Below are positions 15,450 through 28,600 of a stretch of DNA of 64,000 bases, piece by piece (the first letter of the stretch is position 1; every line of letters starts with the position of its first letter). Both the position numbers and the translations under genes were made by a program. The notes under the pieces are model-generated. The model did not search any database and was not told the DNA's origin. It saw only the letters and a list, made by a program, of their open reading frames with translations. The DNA lies in the NCBI GenBank assembly GCA_002269645.1, contig NIVC01001237.1:186001-250000 (forward strand), written 5' to 3'. This stretch comes from Macrostomum lignano (taxonomy: Eukaryota).

Positions 15450-15760
15450 AAGGTCTATAACGCTACACGCGGCCGCGGGCGGCTACTGCAGTGAAAGAAA
15501 TGTTGCCGAGCTACACAAAAAACAACTGTTAAAGAGCAATTCGAAAAAGAGTGCTTACGCATGTTTGTAAATATTTAAAAAGCTATGACCACGAAACTAA
15601 AAGTATGTAAAAAAGTATTTTGTTAATACTATAAAACTATAAATAAAGGAATAATTTTTCTTTTGCATGTTTTGTTAAAATGAACTAGCATCCGTTGATC
15701 GCGACTGTTTCGCGAGTTTTATAACACTTTATAACACTGACGTACAAGTAAAAAATTTCT
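15450..15760 (-). promoter_or_regulatory. Candidate promoter and non-coding first exon of the USP53-like gene
   Basis: CpG-rich patch (CGCGGCCGCGGGCGG, GATCGCGACTGTTTCGCG) beside CpG-poor sequence at 13700-15400; minus-strand donor GC|GTAAGC at 15558. Confidence 0.3.
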
Positions 15761-17521
15761 AGCAGTCAAGAAACCTAGAACCTCCACAATACAACCCGAG
15801 TTCGTACTTGAGCAGGTATCTGTGTACATGTGCTTTCTCATAAAGCTTGCTTGCCTCTTGGAATGTTTCGAGTCGAATGTTGCTTCCAAAGTTTGATTGC
15901 AATAAAGAAATTATTACCTAGCCTAATCACGCATACAAAGAGAGAAAAAGTACAGAAATTAAATAAGACGCCTAAAATCAATCACGATTAAGCACATTTT
16001 TAAGGAGCGAAAATTAGCAGAAAATGGCTGTTTTTTCATTGAATAATTATTTTATTTTTGTAGATACAAAAATATTTTTAAATTTTAGCAATAAAAATAC
16101 ATTGATTTTTCCGAGTCTCTGTTTTTAATGATCTAAACCATTTTTTTAAAAACCATGCAGCACGAAAAAAATACGATATTAAAATATGAATAAATAAACA
16201 TAACATTTGCAAAGAACATTCATAAAGTCAGACAAACAAAAACTTTTTGATAGCGATATATAAATTTAAATAAAATAAAAAAGAGAAAAACGAGGCTTTG
16301 TGCAGATCATTTAAGCAAAAAATTAACAAGCAGTCTAAACAATAAGTCAAAGCAAGCACACATTTTTATCCTTTAAAGTTAAAAAAAGAGTTACAGTACA
16401 TCATCGATGAATACTGTGCGTAGTACAAAAAAGGGAAAACAAGCAGCAAAATGTATGAGCTAACCTTCAACAGCGGACAAACTTACTACTACTATATTAC
16501 TTCAATACCACAAGAGGCTTGCGCACGAGGTGGTTTACCAGTGATTAAAACAAAATTATAGAAAGAAAATTTTCTCATTTTTTAAATAATGAGTATCAGC
16601 ACATGTAGATAGCTACCAGTATATTCATGCAAGTTAAAAAGTGACTTTTTACAATCCGTAACTATGCTAGCTAGATTAGCAATCCATTGTGTATCCACGT
16701 GACAGAAAGCTAAAACCCCATATAAAATTTATTTTTTCGTGGTTTGAGATCTTTTTAACAAGCAATCATTAAGCCCAGGTTACGAAAATGGTGTGTTTCA
16801 ATACCATCGCTGATAATCAAGACAATTCAAGAACTGGATAGATCAAAATATACAGATTTTATTCATGACGCTGCGATCCGAAAATGAAAAAAAGTAAAAT
16901 AAGTTTTGTTATATCTAGTTTAACTATAGAAAGTTAAAATCACAGAGGTTTAGACAGGAATAAAATCATGGGTAGAATAACAAGCAAGCAGAAGAATAAA
17001 ATAAAGACCGCACTCATGTGCACCAGTGAAATCTGATTGTGCGAATAAAATAACAACACAATTTAATTTTTTAATAAACATTAACTCTTCAAACATCTGT
17101 AAGTTTGTGAATAAAAACAGTCTAAAATTGGAAGCGATGAGATTCCACTTAATGTGCAAAAACTGCCAATATTCCAACGACTCTAAGTACAAACTTCTTT
17201 CAAATAAGCAAAACAATTTTTAAAATAACGATAGCGTTCATGCATTACTACACTACCTAATTATTGACACAGTAAGTAGTACGTGCCTAAAACACTGCGT
17301 ATGCTCTATTACACTACTCATATAACGTTTCAAAGTAAGTAGTACGATTAAAAATGTACTATTTAAAAACGATTTTTATAGTTACAATAAGAAAATACTG
17401 TCTACATTTTGTTACACTACTTAAAACCCGTTTTTTAAGTAAGTATTATGATAAGATTTTTTCAAGAATTAGTAGTGCTACGAATAAAAAAAGTGCGCGA
17501 AGTTGGTCTGTGCGCTTCAAA

Positions 17522-20500
17522 TCAAGGCTCCCGCTCAGAGGCCACACTGCCATTTGTCTGAGCAGAGCTATCGACAGCTTCATAGAACAGCACGTAGCCC
17601 AGCGAGCTAACCGCGGCTTCAGCGGTACTGTTCGACACGCGAGTATCGTTGAAGGCCATCCATTTATTGGGGTCGTAGGCGTGACGCACCGTGGCCGTGT
17701 AGTGACCGGACAGGGTCGTGCCGGAGTGCTCGCTAACTCCGTAGAGTGAATAACGAGTGCCAAATTGGTTGGCTTGTCTGCTTTCTGGAGTGCGAAATTG
17801 GAAAGCTGCTTAGTGCTTGAAGCTTATGATTGTCTTTTAAGGTGGCCGAGCAACTGGGGATCTAGGAGGCTGGCCCAGCAACTGGGGATCTGGGAGACTG
17901 GCCCAGCAACTGGGGATCTGGGAGACTGGCCCAGCAACTGGGGATCTGGGAGGCTGGCCCAGCAACTGGGGATCTGGGAGACTGGCCCAGCAACTGGGGA
18001 TCTGGGAGACTGGCCCAGCAACTGGGGATCTGGGAGGCTGGCCCAGCAACTGGGGATCTGGGAGACTGGCCCAGCAACTGGGGATCTGGGAGACTGGCCC
18101 AGCAACTGGGGATCTGGGAGGCTGGCCCAGCAACTGGGGATATGGGAGGCTGGCCCAGCAACTGACACTCTAGCTGGGAGACTGGCTCAGCAACTGACAC
18201 TCTAGCTGGGAGGCTGGCCCAGCAACTGACACTCTAGCTGGGAGGCTGGCCCAGCAACTGACACTCTAGCTGGGAGGCTGGCCCAGCAACTGACACTCTA
18301 GCTGGGAGGCTGGCCTAGCAACTGAGAGGCTCTTCACGGCAATCGATTCCAGAACCAGAATCGGTTCGGATTCCAAGAAAAAAAGCAGTATAACTATTTA
18401 ACTTTGTTGAATGTTTGACTGCCTTAACAGCCTCATTTTGCACAATTTTTCACTTTCTTCTTGGCTATTGCCATTCAATAATCACAACTTTAAATCACTA
18501 ATATCCCTCTAGTTTAGGAGACAAAAATTTATGCTTTACAAATTGGTTCTGATTCTAGAACCAGAACAAGCAGTATGAAGAGCCTCTGACACTCTAGCTG
18601 GGAGGCTGGCAGAGCAACTGAGGATCTGGGAAGCTGGCCCAGCAACTGAGGATCTGGGAGACTGGTGAAATCACGGAGAAAAAGTACAGACTCACCTGCA
18701 TCGACAAAGGGAGTCAAATCCAGGTCAAAGGGATAATCCACCAGCGTATCCAGCTTAGTTCGAAATCCCTCCCGAGTGAACCGAAGCAGATTCACAACCA
18801 GAATCTTGGGCAATCGGTACAAGCTGAAGCTTTTGTCGCACTTGCGCCTCGCTTTGCACTTCTCGCAGGTTGGCATCTCGTCTCCTTCGAGCGTCTCCCG
18901 AGAGGTGAACAGCTTCAGGCAGGACTGCAGATTCGTTGATCGACCCTGGTGTGATGAAAACAGCAGACTTGTTTCTATTTATGCATTTCTGCAGCCAAGA
19001 CAGAAATCTGAGTAACTTTTACTTATATTCCTACTATAAGTAAAGTAGTGAGATTTGTTAGAAAAATTTGCGCACCAACTTAAAAATACAATATTGACTT
19101 TCTTACTCGAGGAATTGACAAAGATAGATCCCAGAACGGATCGAACGTGGTGGTCTTGTGTCCGCAGTGACAGCACTCCAAAGTCGATTTCAATTGGCCA
19201 ACAAATATGTCAATTATCGGGCTGCTATCTACCGATATGTATCGTTCCCATAGTAGTTTAGATTTTTCCAGGTCACTGTGTATAATAAAAGTAGGGTGAT
19301 GCTTAAATTTATGTAAACGCAAACGTTAAGTTAATCAATTACAAGATACAAAGACTCGTTTGAATATTCAAGCATTGGAGAGATTGGAATAAACAAAGAC
19401 TAGTTTGAGTAATCAAACATTCAAGAGATTGGAACAAACAAAGACTGGTTGTAATCAAACATTGAAGAGACTGGAAAAAAACAAATACTAGTTAAGAGTA
19501 ATCAAACATTGAAGAGATTGCAACAAACAAAGACTAGTTGTAATCAAACATTGAAGAGGTTGGAACAAAGACTAGTTTGAGCAATCAAACATTGAAGAGG
19601 TTGGAACAGACTAGTTTGAGAATCAAGCTTTGAAGGGATTGGAACGAACAAAGACTAGTTTGAGTAATCAAACATTGAAGAGGTAGGAACAAAGACTAGT
19701 TTGAGTAATCAAACATTGAAGAGGTAGGAACAAAGACTAGTTTGAGTAATCAAACATTGAAGAGGTAGGAACAGACTAGTTTGAGTAATCAAACATTGAA
19801 GAGGTTGGAACAAAGACTAGTTTGAGTAATCAAACATTGAAGAGGTTGGAACAAAGACTAGTTTGAGTAATCAAACATTGAAGAGGTAGGAACAGACTAG
19901 TTTGAGTAATCAAACATTGAAGAGGTTGGAACAAAGACTAGTTTGAGTAATCAAACATTGAAGAGGTTGGAACAAAGACTAGTTTGAGTAATCAAACATT
20001 GAAGAGGTTGGAACAAAGACTAGTTTGAGTAATCAAACATTGAAGAGGTTGGAACAAAGATAGACTATTTTGGGTATTAATTTTGGCAAAAACCTTAGCT
20101 TATCCAACTCTTCAAAGTCAATAGGCTGTATCCTAGAGTATTTGTTCCGTCCAGTGGATTTGTTCCGCTTTGAGTCTTCGTGCAGAGCCTCGAGCAGGTA
20201 GCGCATGAACTCCCCTGCATCCTGCTGCCCGTAGCCAGAGAATCTCTGCGCGTAGCGACCCATGCTGACGCGCAGCTGGGTCGGCCGGGCATAACTCGAG
20301 ACCGGGTCCGGCGACCAGAGCTCTTTGAGCAGACGCCTGAGGCGGTTTGAGATCGGCGGGATACAAGAACGTGTGCGCTAAATATAAACACGTTGTTTAT
20401 ATATAAAGTTCTAAATCTCTTTTTCAATAGGCATTGCGCACTCATTCATTCCTAATCTTTCATCCTTGATTGAGTAGATTAGCAATCCATTCTAATCCTC

Positions 20501-21370
20501 CCAATCCTAGAGTGACTAGATTAGCAATCCATTCTAATCCTTAATAGACTAGATTAGCAGTCCTTTTACTAAATGTAATAAATATACTAAATCTCTAAGG
20601 TTTGTATGTTTGTCCATAACGCTCTAGAAATTGCAATTCTTGACCAATTTTATACTATTATTACTTTGTATATATTAAACCGCCGCCGACTAAAAAAAAC
20701 AAGTTTAAAAGTCAACTCACTTGAACGGTCCAGACACCGGACCATTGTCAGGCAGTCCCTGGTCATCTTTACAGTCAAGCACGAGTTCAAGCAGCGGCTT
20801 AGTGTGACTCAAGCACTGCACAATGCAATTCATATAGCATGTGTTGCCTAAATTTGATAAGCCGACTCGGCCTCCCCGATGTCGCTGACTAATATCTAAA
20901 GATTCAATTTTAGTAGAATTTGGCGTTTCATATGTCTTACTACTTATAGTAGCTGCGCCAGTAGTAGTAGACGCTGGCGAGGGCGCAATAGCATCTTTGT
21001 ATGCCGGCATGGGAGTTGACGGCAGAGGCTTAGAATTGTGCAGAGGATCCAAATTTCTACTAATCGATGGCGGATCTGGAGGCGATCGATAAGTTGGCCT
21101 GCTATTAGAAGGCATGAGACCTCTGGTAGCTGTAACAACAGGTACCTTTGTTATTGGATTGTGACTATAGTTTGGCTGATAGCTTGAGCCATAGGTGGTG
21201 GTAGTATTATTAAAGTTGGTCCGACCTGCACTGCCAGTTCCGGAGGCTGGGTAGCGATTTAAATTTGAAGAGCCACTGCTGCCAGTATAATAGCGACTGT
21301 AGTTGTGCCCAGTAGCATTGCTAGTCAAGTAGTGGCTGCTTTGAAATCGAGATGTTGTAGGGAAACTCAT
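17522..21370 (-). CDS. USP2: USP2/USP21-like ubiquitin carboxyl-terminal hydrolase, 5 coding exons, ~524 aa
   Basis: Exons 21370-20721, 20336-20094, 19275-19107, 18945-18696, 17784-17522 sum to 1575 nt with compatible phases and GT-AG ends. Cys box GLSNLGNTCYMNCIVQCL, GYGQQDAGEF, CxxC pairs (CCHC, CEKC), LPKILVVNLLRF, His box HSGTTLSGHYTA and WMAFND, then YVLFYE. The last exon is absent from the ORF track because it has no start codon. Confidence 0.93.
17845..18665. repeat. 28-bp minisatellite (GGCCCAGCAACTGGGGATCTGGGAG(A/G)CT)n in USP2 intron 4, interrupted by a MITE
   Basis: Direct inspection. Confidence 0.93.
18326..18586. mobile_element. 261-bp MITE, PIF/Harbinger-like, inserted into a minisatellite array
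   Basis: 11-bp perfect TIR GAGGCTCTTCA/TGAAGAGCCTC. 3-bp TSD TGA (18323-25 and 18587-89); removing the element restores the array unit CAACTGACACTCT. Confidence 0.8.
19340..20060. repeat. 41-bp minisatellite in USP2 intron 2
   Basis: Unit GAAGAGGTTGGAACAAAGACTAGTTTGAGTAATCAAACATT. Confidence 0.93.
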
Positions 21371-21944
21371 GGGGCTGTTGACACTGCAACAAATTCTGTG
21401 TAAAAACACAAATCTTTAAAAAAAGTAGAGACAATCAGTAAATTTATCAGTTGAGAATATCAGAACTTTTTAGTAGATTTACATCTGAAAATTTGTCATG
21501 CATTGAAAATTTATAATGAATTCTATTTAGTTGATATGCCTTGCCTGTTTTCAATATTGGAAATATTGGTTTGATTAATTTGATAAAAACTATACAACAA
21601 AGAAGAAATCATTTTTTGTTTTTAATTATTTAAATATTAGCTCAAATGCAATGTATTTAATGAGAGCTTGAACTATTTGCTACGAGTATCTATGAGCTCA
21701 ATCATAAAAACTTGAGATAAATCTTTTATTCTCTTTTTTAATCATTATATGATATATTTATAGACATATATGTGCAACAGTTGGCCAAGTTGGCCAATCC
21801 AGCCAACCAAGGTAAGTTGCTAAATTGATCAACTGCCAAAAAACATAAAACAAAAGACAAAAGGGAAAAGGAAAAGGAAAAGAGAAAAGGGAGCAAAGAG
21901 AAAGAGAAAAACACAGAGTTGTAAGTGCTATAATTTGTAGCACT

Positions 21945-22115
21945 GAGAGAGAGCTAAGTCCCAGTAGGACCAAGCTAAGTGGCAGCAGGACCAATCTAAG
22001 TTGCACTGAGGATGAGGTAAATTGCACCAAGAGCAAGCTAAGTTGCAGCAGGACTGAGCTAAGTTGCACTGAGAGCAAACTAAGTTGCAGCAGGACCAAG
22101 CTAAGTTGCACTGAG
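21945..22115. repeat. Degenerate ~21-bp repeat (GCTAAGTTGCAGCAGGACCAA)
   Basis: Direct inspection. Confidence 0.7.
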
Positions 22116-24924
22116 GACATGGTAAGTCATATTTTTGGCCAAAAACTACATTGCATTTTTTGTTAAAACTAAGTTGCATGGCCAACTAAATTTTGGAGGT
22201 TGTGCATATATGTTTATAGAAATTACTAAATCAAAAAATTCATGTATACAAGTAATTAGAAACTAGACAAAATTTAAGTTACAAATATTTTTGTTTCATT
22301 TCTTACTTAAAGACAATAATCTATAAGGATTAAGGCAATTAGATAGAAATTGATCATACTTGGGCCTATCTAACTTTTAATATAATAACCTATAATATAA
22401 AGAGGGCAATGGCCTAGTTAGTTAGGCCCTACTTTGTTGGATATAGGGGCCTAAAGCTTGTCAGCTAGACAGTAATTAAAATATCATTAAAATGTATACT
22501 TATTTATAATAAGGACATATTTTATTTGAATTGTTTCCTTATTATGCTATATTGCTATGGAATTCTCAATAAAAATCAACTGTACTAAATATAACTTCTG
22601 TTATTTATAATTATAAAACTCTTGGTAGTAATATTGTCACTGTTGTCATTGACATTGTTATGTTAAGACTATAACTAGGGGCCTATACTTATCCAGAACT
22701 AAAATGCTCTAAAAAAATATTTAAGTGGACTTTATATGAAGATGATAATAGACATAGACATAGAGCAATTTGGCACTAAAAAGTAAATTGGGATATTAAA
22801 AAGAAAACTAGGCCTAGGTAAAATGCTAAAATGGCAGGTAATCAATTATCAATATATGTAATCAATTATTAAAATAATAACTGACATCAATTTTGAACTT
22901 AAATTCAATTCAAACACATTCGTTTAACTTGTTATCCCGCACAGTGGCGTATCAAGCTGGAGCCAAGGAGGCATGACCCCTCCCCCTTTGGCCAGCTGGG
23001 GTTAAAAAATTGCAATATATTTTCGGCATTTTTGTCTTGTTTGTTGGAAAGATTTTTATCTATGGTAGGCAATGCTTTTGGAAAGGCTTAGTACAGCGTA
23101 CAGGCTGCCCCCATAAATTGTTGGACATGCTCCTAATGATACAGAAGCAGCTGTAAGCTTAAATGCTTGTTGAGCCTGAATCGTAGGAATGGACAAAGGT
23201 CACAAAGCACGGTATTCTAGGGCTGACTGGTGGGTAAATTAAATAATTTATTTATAAACAGTTATTTTTGCAATCGAAAATTTTAAATCGCTATTCAAAA
23301 CATGACAGTATATTACAAATATATTCATTTAGTGCAAAAACTAGAATTAACTGTTTAAACTTCCTTAATTTTTATAATTTTTTTTACTTTTTAATAATAA
23401 TTACTAATTCCGCTAGTACATTTTGTCTTAATTTCCTTGTACTATTATTGACGAAAAACTCGTTCAAAAGAACTTAGTTTTCAATTTATTAGTTTTTTTG
23501 GATACCATTACCCATACTGTTTGCTTATTGCTCCTGAATACTTAAATGTATTTTAGCAACGCAATCAACGTATTAAATTACTACATAAGACCTTAACTTT
23601 GCATTATTTTCCAAACTGCTAAACACAAGACCGATCGAGGCCGGCCTCCAGCAGCTAGGGCACCACGCAATAGACGCCCAATATATTGTGATCAGTAAGA
23701 AAGTCATTGCGAGCACCCGTACGTGTGTTGATTGGCTTGGGCTTCCCAATACTATTCTATTCTCTCGTCTGCCTAGCACGCAGTCCCGGCCTGTTTTGTT
23801 TGTTTGCATGTTCATTCATGCCAGCTCGCTAGCAATATATTAAGTTTTGCATATTGATTGCAATTTTGTTTAGCACATAAAATAAACGGCAGACTTCTGA
23901 CCAACCGGGGGCAAAGAGCCGTTGAGCAGTTGGCTGCCCTAGAAGACATTGACTTGTTCATTCTTAACACATCTTATCTATCTTCTTGGGTTGCTGCGCA
24001 AGTACATCCATGTATACTTGCAAGAACGTGCAAGATCTTCGCTATGATAATACTGAGGTAAACTTGCCAGATCTGGGCGACTTGCTACAGTGTACAAGAT
24101 CTTAGCTTTTATATCTTTGAATAGCTTCGAATCGCATATTTTATTAAATTTATTGTCCCATTTTCCCATAAAATAAAAAATAATAAAGCTAGAACACTTT
24201 GGCCAAATGAATGACAAAACAAATGTACTTCCCTTCTTAGAAGATCCTGCAAGAACCGAGCAGATTGAGATCTGATAAGAATGGCACAGAGACAAGATCT
24301 GCTAAGTTTGAGAAACAGAATGTCCTCTAGGGTGGCACCTGCAGTGGTGCACCTACATTTTCTTCCTTTTTCTGTGCCGGCCCCGGCCGACAAATTCCTC
24401 TCGATCTTCTCCTCATCAAGTTACAATGTAAAACCTGCCAGTCTCTCGTGTCTGTCGTAGGCTTCAAATCAAATTTTGTTATTGCGTCTGGGTAAAAGTA
24501 CATGTACGAGTATAATTACAATGTAACGATAGGAACAGAAAACAAAATAATATAAATGAAAACAAAAAATCTCTTGCCAACACCCCCCATCCTGACAAGC
24601 AGCAACAAAAAACAAAACTATGACCATAGAACTTAAACCACTTTAAAGCTCACTTTCAGGGAGGTTATTGACATAGATTTTATTTTGCGGGATTTAATCG
24701 ATCACTTTCCCGGACATATTGCAAGGATTATTGTGTGTATCTAAATAAGCGAGCTTCTCTCTTCTCTTCCTTCGTGACTCGAGAAATTTCTTAATGAAAA
24801 TTTGTCTATGGTAAGAATGTGGGGGCTTCGCCCCCACACCCCCATCCCCAACTTCAACCATAGACATACAAGTATGGCTCCGGGATTTATCTGAATGCAT
24901 CCCGCAAAATTAAAGTAGTTTAAA

Positions 24925-25131
24925 TAAGATATTCTATGGGTTTTTCGGTCGGTATTTCACTTAAAATACGATTAAAATTAAAATTAATACGATTATTTCA
25001 CTTAAAACTCGCTACGCTCGCCTCGAGACCATTAAACGCAGCCTCGGACGTTCTAACCACAGAATGTGAATTAAACGGCGTTTATTTTTTACTTAATCAC
25101 ATACCGACCTCAAACCCATAGAATATCTTAT
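24925..25131. mobile_element. ~205-bp MITE-like inverted-repeat element within a cluster of CATAGA-ended elements (24650-25131)
   Basis: ATAAGATATTCTATGGGTTT..GGTCGGTAT pairs with ATACCGACC..AAACCCATAGAATATCTTAT; no clear TSD. Confidence 0.55.
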
Positions 25132-25687
25132 ACATACAACGCCTGGAATATCCGCAGAGAAGCGCGGAAGCTCAAAACAACAGAAGATGTTTCATAACCC
25201 GCCACCAAAAGTCACAAAAGAAATAATTAAAATGCATCTAACAAAGGGTGCCGTCCTAAAAAGATAGCAAACTGAAACAAAACTACGAGTGCTGAACATT
25301 ACGAAAAATATAGAAACCTTTAAAAATTTAACTTGAATTCGCAACTGTAAATTAATTCGGAGAAAGTAGACTTACGTTAGAAAACCTCCACCATTATAAC
25401 TTCAACAGAAAATTCGGATTAAACTTAGCATTGCAAAACGAAGACATACTTCGCCATCGCACATGCGCATGAAATGAAGATAAGAAATAACTGCACCAAC
25501 TGCGCTCCAAATGAAAAAACTGATTCTAAGCAACCAGAAACAAAAAAAAGAAACAAATCAATAATCAAAAAACGGCGCGGCTCAAAAAGACTGGCCAAAA
25601 CTGGACGCACACGATACGACATAAAAAATTGAAAATTGGACCTAAATCAGAAAACTATAGCAGTGCTTAAACAATAATCAACGCATC

Positions 25688-28600
25688 TTACTCGAGGTAA
25701 CACAGCTTGCTCGCAGGCCAAAGACCGTTCGATCCCCCGACCTGGACCTTGGCCACCGGGACTCGGTTGCCTAGACCCGGGTAGACCTCGACTACTCGTC
25801 CCCAACGGCCAGTGTCCCCGCGGTAAGTCCGCTTTGATGACAAAGATGACATCACCTGGCTGCACATCACGCTGCGGTCCCGCCCACTTGGCTCTCGGTT
25901 ACAACCCTGGTAACCACTCGCGCATCCAGCGTCGCCAGACGTGCCTCACGAGTTCTTGGATGCGCCGCCAACGCCGCCTCAGGACCGCCGCGACGTCGTC
26001 GGGCACATCCAGCGCGATTTGTTCACCAGCCTAACCGTGCAGGAAGTGGTTTGGCGCTAGTGGCTCCTCGTCTCTCGGATTTGCCGTTTGGTAGGTGATG
26101 GGGCACGAGTTGATCATCGCCTCCGCTCCAGTGATCGCCGACTGAAGCTCCTCGTCGGTGACATCGGCGTCACTCAGAATCGCGTGTAGCGCTCGCTTCG
26201 CCACTCGAATCATCACCTCGTGCGCTCCATCAAAGTACGGGGCAGCTGGCGGCTGAAAGTTCCACTTGACTCACTGCCTAGATGCCTTGCGACTGACCCT
26301 GATCCTGTCCAGCTTCTCCAGAAGTCGGACCTTTGACAAATTTGCCGCCGTTGTCAGAATACATAGCCTTAGGTAAGCCACGCCGGTTCATCATTCGGTA
26401 GAAGACATTCAAAAATGAGTCCGCGTCAACGCGCTGTAGGTCATATCGAGGTGTACAGCTCGCGTCTCGAGGCATGAGAACAGCGCCAAATAGCGTTTTT
26501 TGCTTCGTTTTGAATCGGCCTTGAATAGTAACGAACGGCCCTCCCATGTCGACGGCTACGTTCGTGAAGGCCTTTAAGGAGCCTTCGACACAGGCATCAG
26601 GCAGTGGCGCCATCTGTTGCACGATGAGACGAGCCTTCTCTCTTTTGCACACAGCATGCACATTCAACCTCCCACTCGCGAATAGCTTCCCGGACACAGA
26701 TAATCCAGTACATGGCTGACAGCGCCGCCAGAGTTTGGCTGGTCCCACCGTGGCTCTGCTGCTCGTGATATTGTTTAATGATCAGCTTGGTGATCCAATC
26801 CTTCCGCGGCAATTTAGCTGGATTTCTTGCTGCAAATGGCGCCTGTGGCCTGAATTTCAACCGGCCATCATCCACTTGTAGGACTCCTGCTGCATCAGTA
26901 CCGGCTTCAAGCACTGCAGCTTCTTTTCGTTCACTGCATCCGCATTGAACGCTTCCTCCTGAGCTAACCTTACTAAACACTCCTCAACCTCCTCGAGCTC
27001 ATCCACCAACAGCTCACCGCCGCTCCGCTGATACTTTTCCTTTTGACAGTTTCGAATGAGCCGCAACAACCCAAGCGAAGATGCGCTGTAGTCGATGGAA
27101 GCTATAGAATCGCTCTGTTTTGAGTCGCCAGTCTGTCTTGTCTTCTTCGTCGGTGGTGATCAGAAATACGGGCTCTGCATTACGCTCCTGGATGCTTGCT
27201 AGCTCTCTTCGTCGAGTGTTCGCCTCAGTCGTTTCCGGTGCAACTGGAATCGGCATCTCTGGCAAATCGTTTGATAACATCGCCAATAATCCAGGGCCGT
27301 TCCACCACCGCTCGTTGTCCATCAGCTCTTGCACACTGCAGCCGCGGGATGCCGCATCAGCTGGATTCAGATCTGTTGGCACGTACCGCCATTGGCTTGG
27401 CTGCACCTGCCGCTGGATCAAAGCGACTCGGTTAGCAACGAAAGGCTTGAACGCTCTACTCTGCCTGCGAATCCACCCAAGTACATTGTGACTGTCACTC
27501 TAAAACACCACAGACTCAATCGCGATCTCCAACGCCTCAGCCACTGCTTTTGCGAGCCGAAATCCTAGGACTGCCGTCATCAACCCCCAGTCGAGGGATG
27601 CTCACCGCGATTAATGGTGCTTACCTTAGCCTTTGCAACTACGAAACGGACCGTCACCTTACTCATTTTTACGCTCTGTAGATAATCGACGGCTCCATAG
27701 GCCTCTTGCGATGCGTCTACAAACGATTGAAGCTCGGTGGATCCGTTGTCCGGACGCAGACACCGAGGCAGAGCTAGTCTCGTAGCTTTTGACAGCCCAC
27801 CGGTCCACTGAAATGCTTGATCAGCCAACTCCGGATCCAATGCTTCATCTCACCCGACACCTTGTTGCCATGCCAACTGCAAAATTATCTTTTCTTTGAT
27901 AACTACCGGTGCCAGGAAGCCACAGGGGTCAAACATGTACCTCGGCAACGCGGCGCAAAAGCAGTCTCTTTGTCATCGTCTTGTCGCTAGCATTTGGCTC
28001 GCTGATGGAAATTCCTAGGATCAGTCCTCTTTCGCATTCCAATTCGCTCCAAGTGTCTTTGCGGTCCCTTTCAATAGCAATTTGGTGCGTTCTGCGCGGT
28101 CCTCGACTGGAACTTGTTGCAGCACTTCTAACGAATTTGACATCCACTTGCAAGCTCGCATCCCTACCTTGCTTCACAGTTCTACGAGTTGTTCGAAGAG
28201 CTCCACCGCTTGGCCAACAGTTTCTACAGAGTCTAGACTGTCGTCCATATAGGTGGAATGCAGCACGGTGTCGGCCGCCAGCCGCAGCTGCTGCTGATGG
28301 CGTCGTAAATTCTCTTGAGGCACGAACTGAGCCAGAAATGGAGGGCAGTTTACGCCAAATACAACACTGCAGAACTCATAGCTCTTCGGTGGTTGCTCCA
28401 TGTCTCAGTCTCGCCACAGAAAGCGGAAAAATTTTCTATCCTCCGGCGCAAGCCTAACTCTCAGATACATCTCCTCAATGTCGGCTTCTAGCGCTACGGG
28501 ATGCTTCCGGAACGGTAGGAGCACTTTAGCAGATAATGCTGCAACTTCGGTCCCGTATGAATGGTTTCATTTAGGCAGACCTCATTGAACCGGACCTTGG

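Noticed and set aside
22942-23150. CAGTGGCGTATC start resembling the 34709 MITE
   Set aside because: No matching right TIR or TSD was found.
23858-24400. Short ORFs with splice-like signals between the USP2 upstream region and the BEL relic
   Set aside because: No recognisable homology, and stops appear in the candidate joins.
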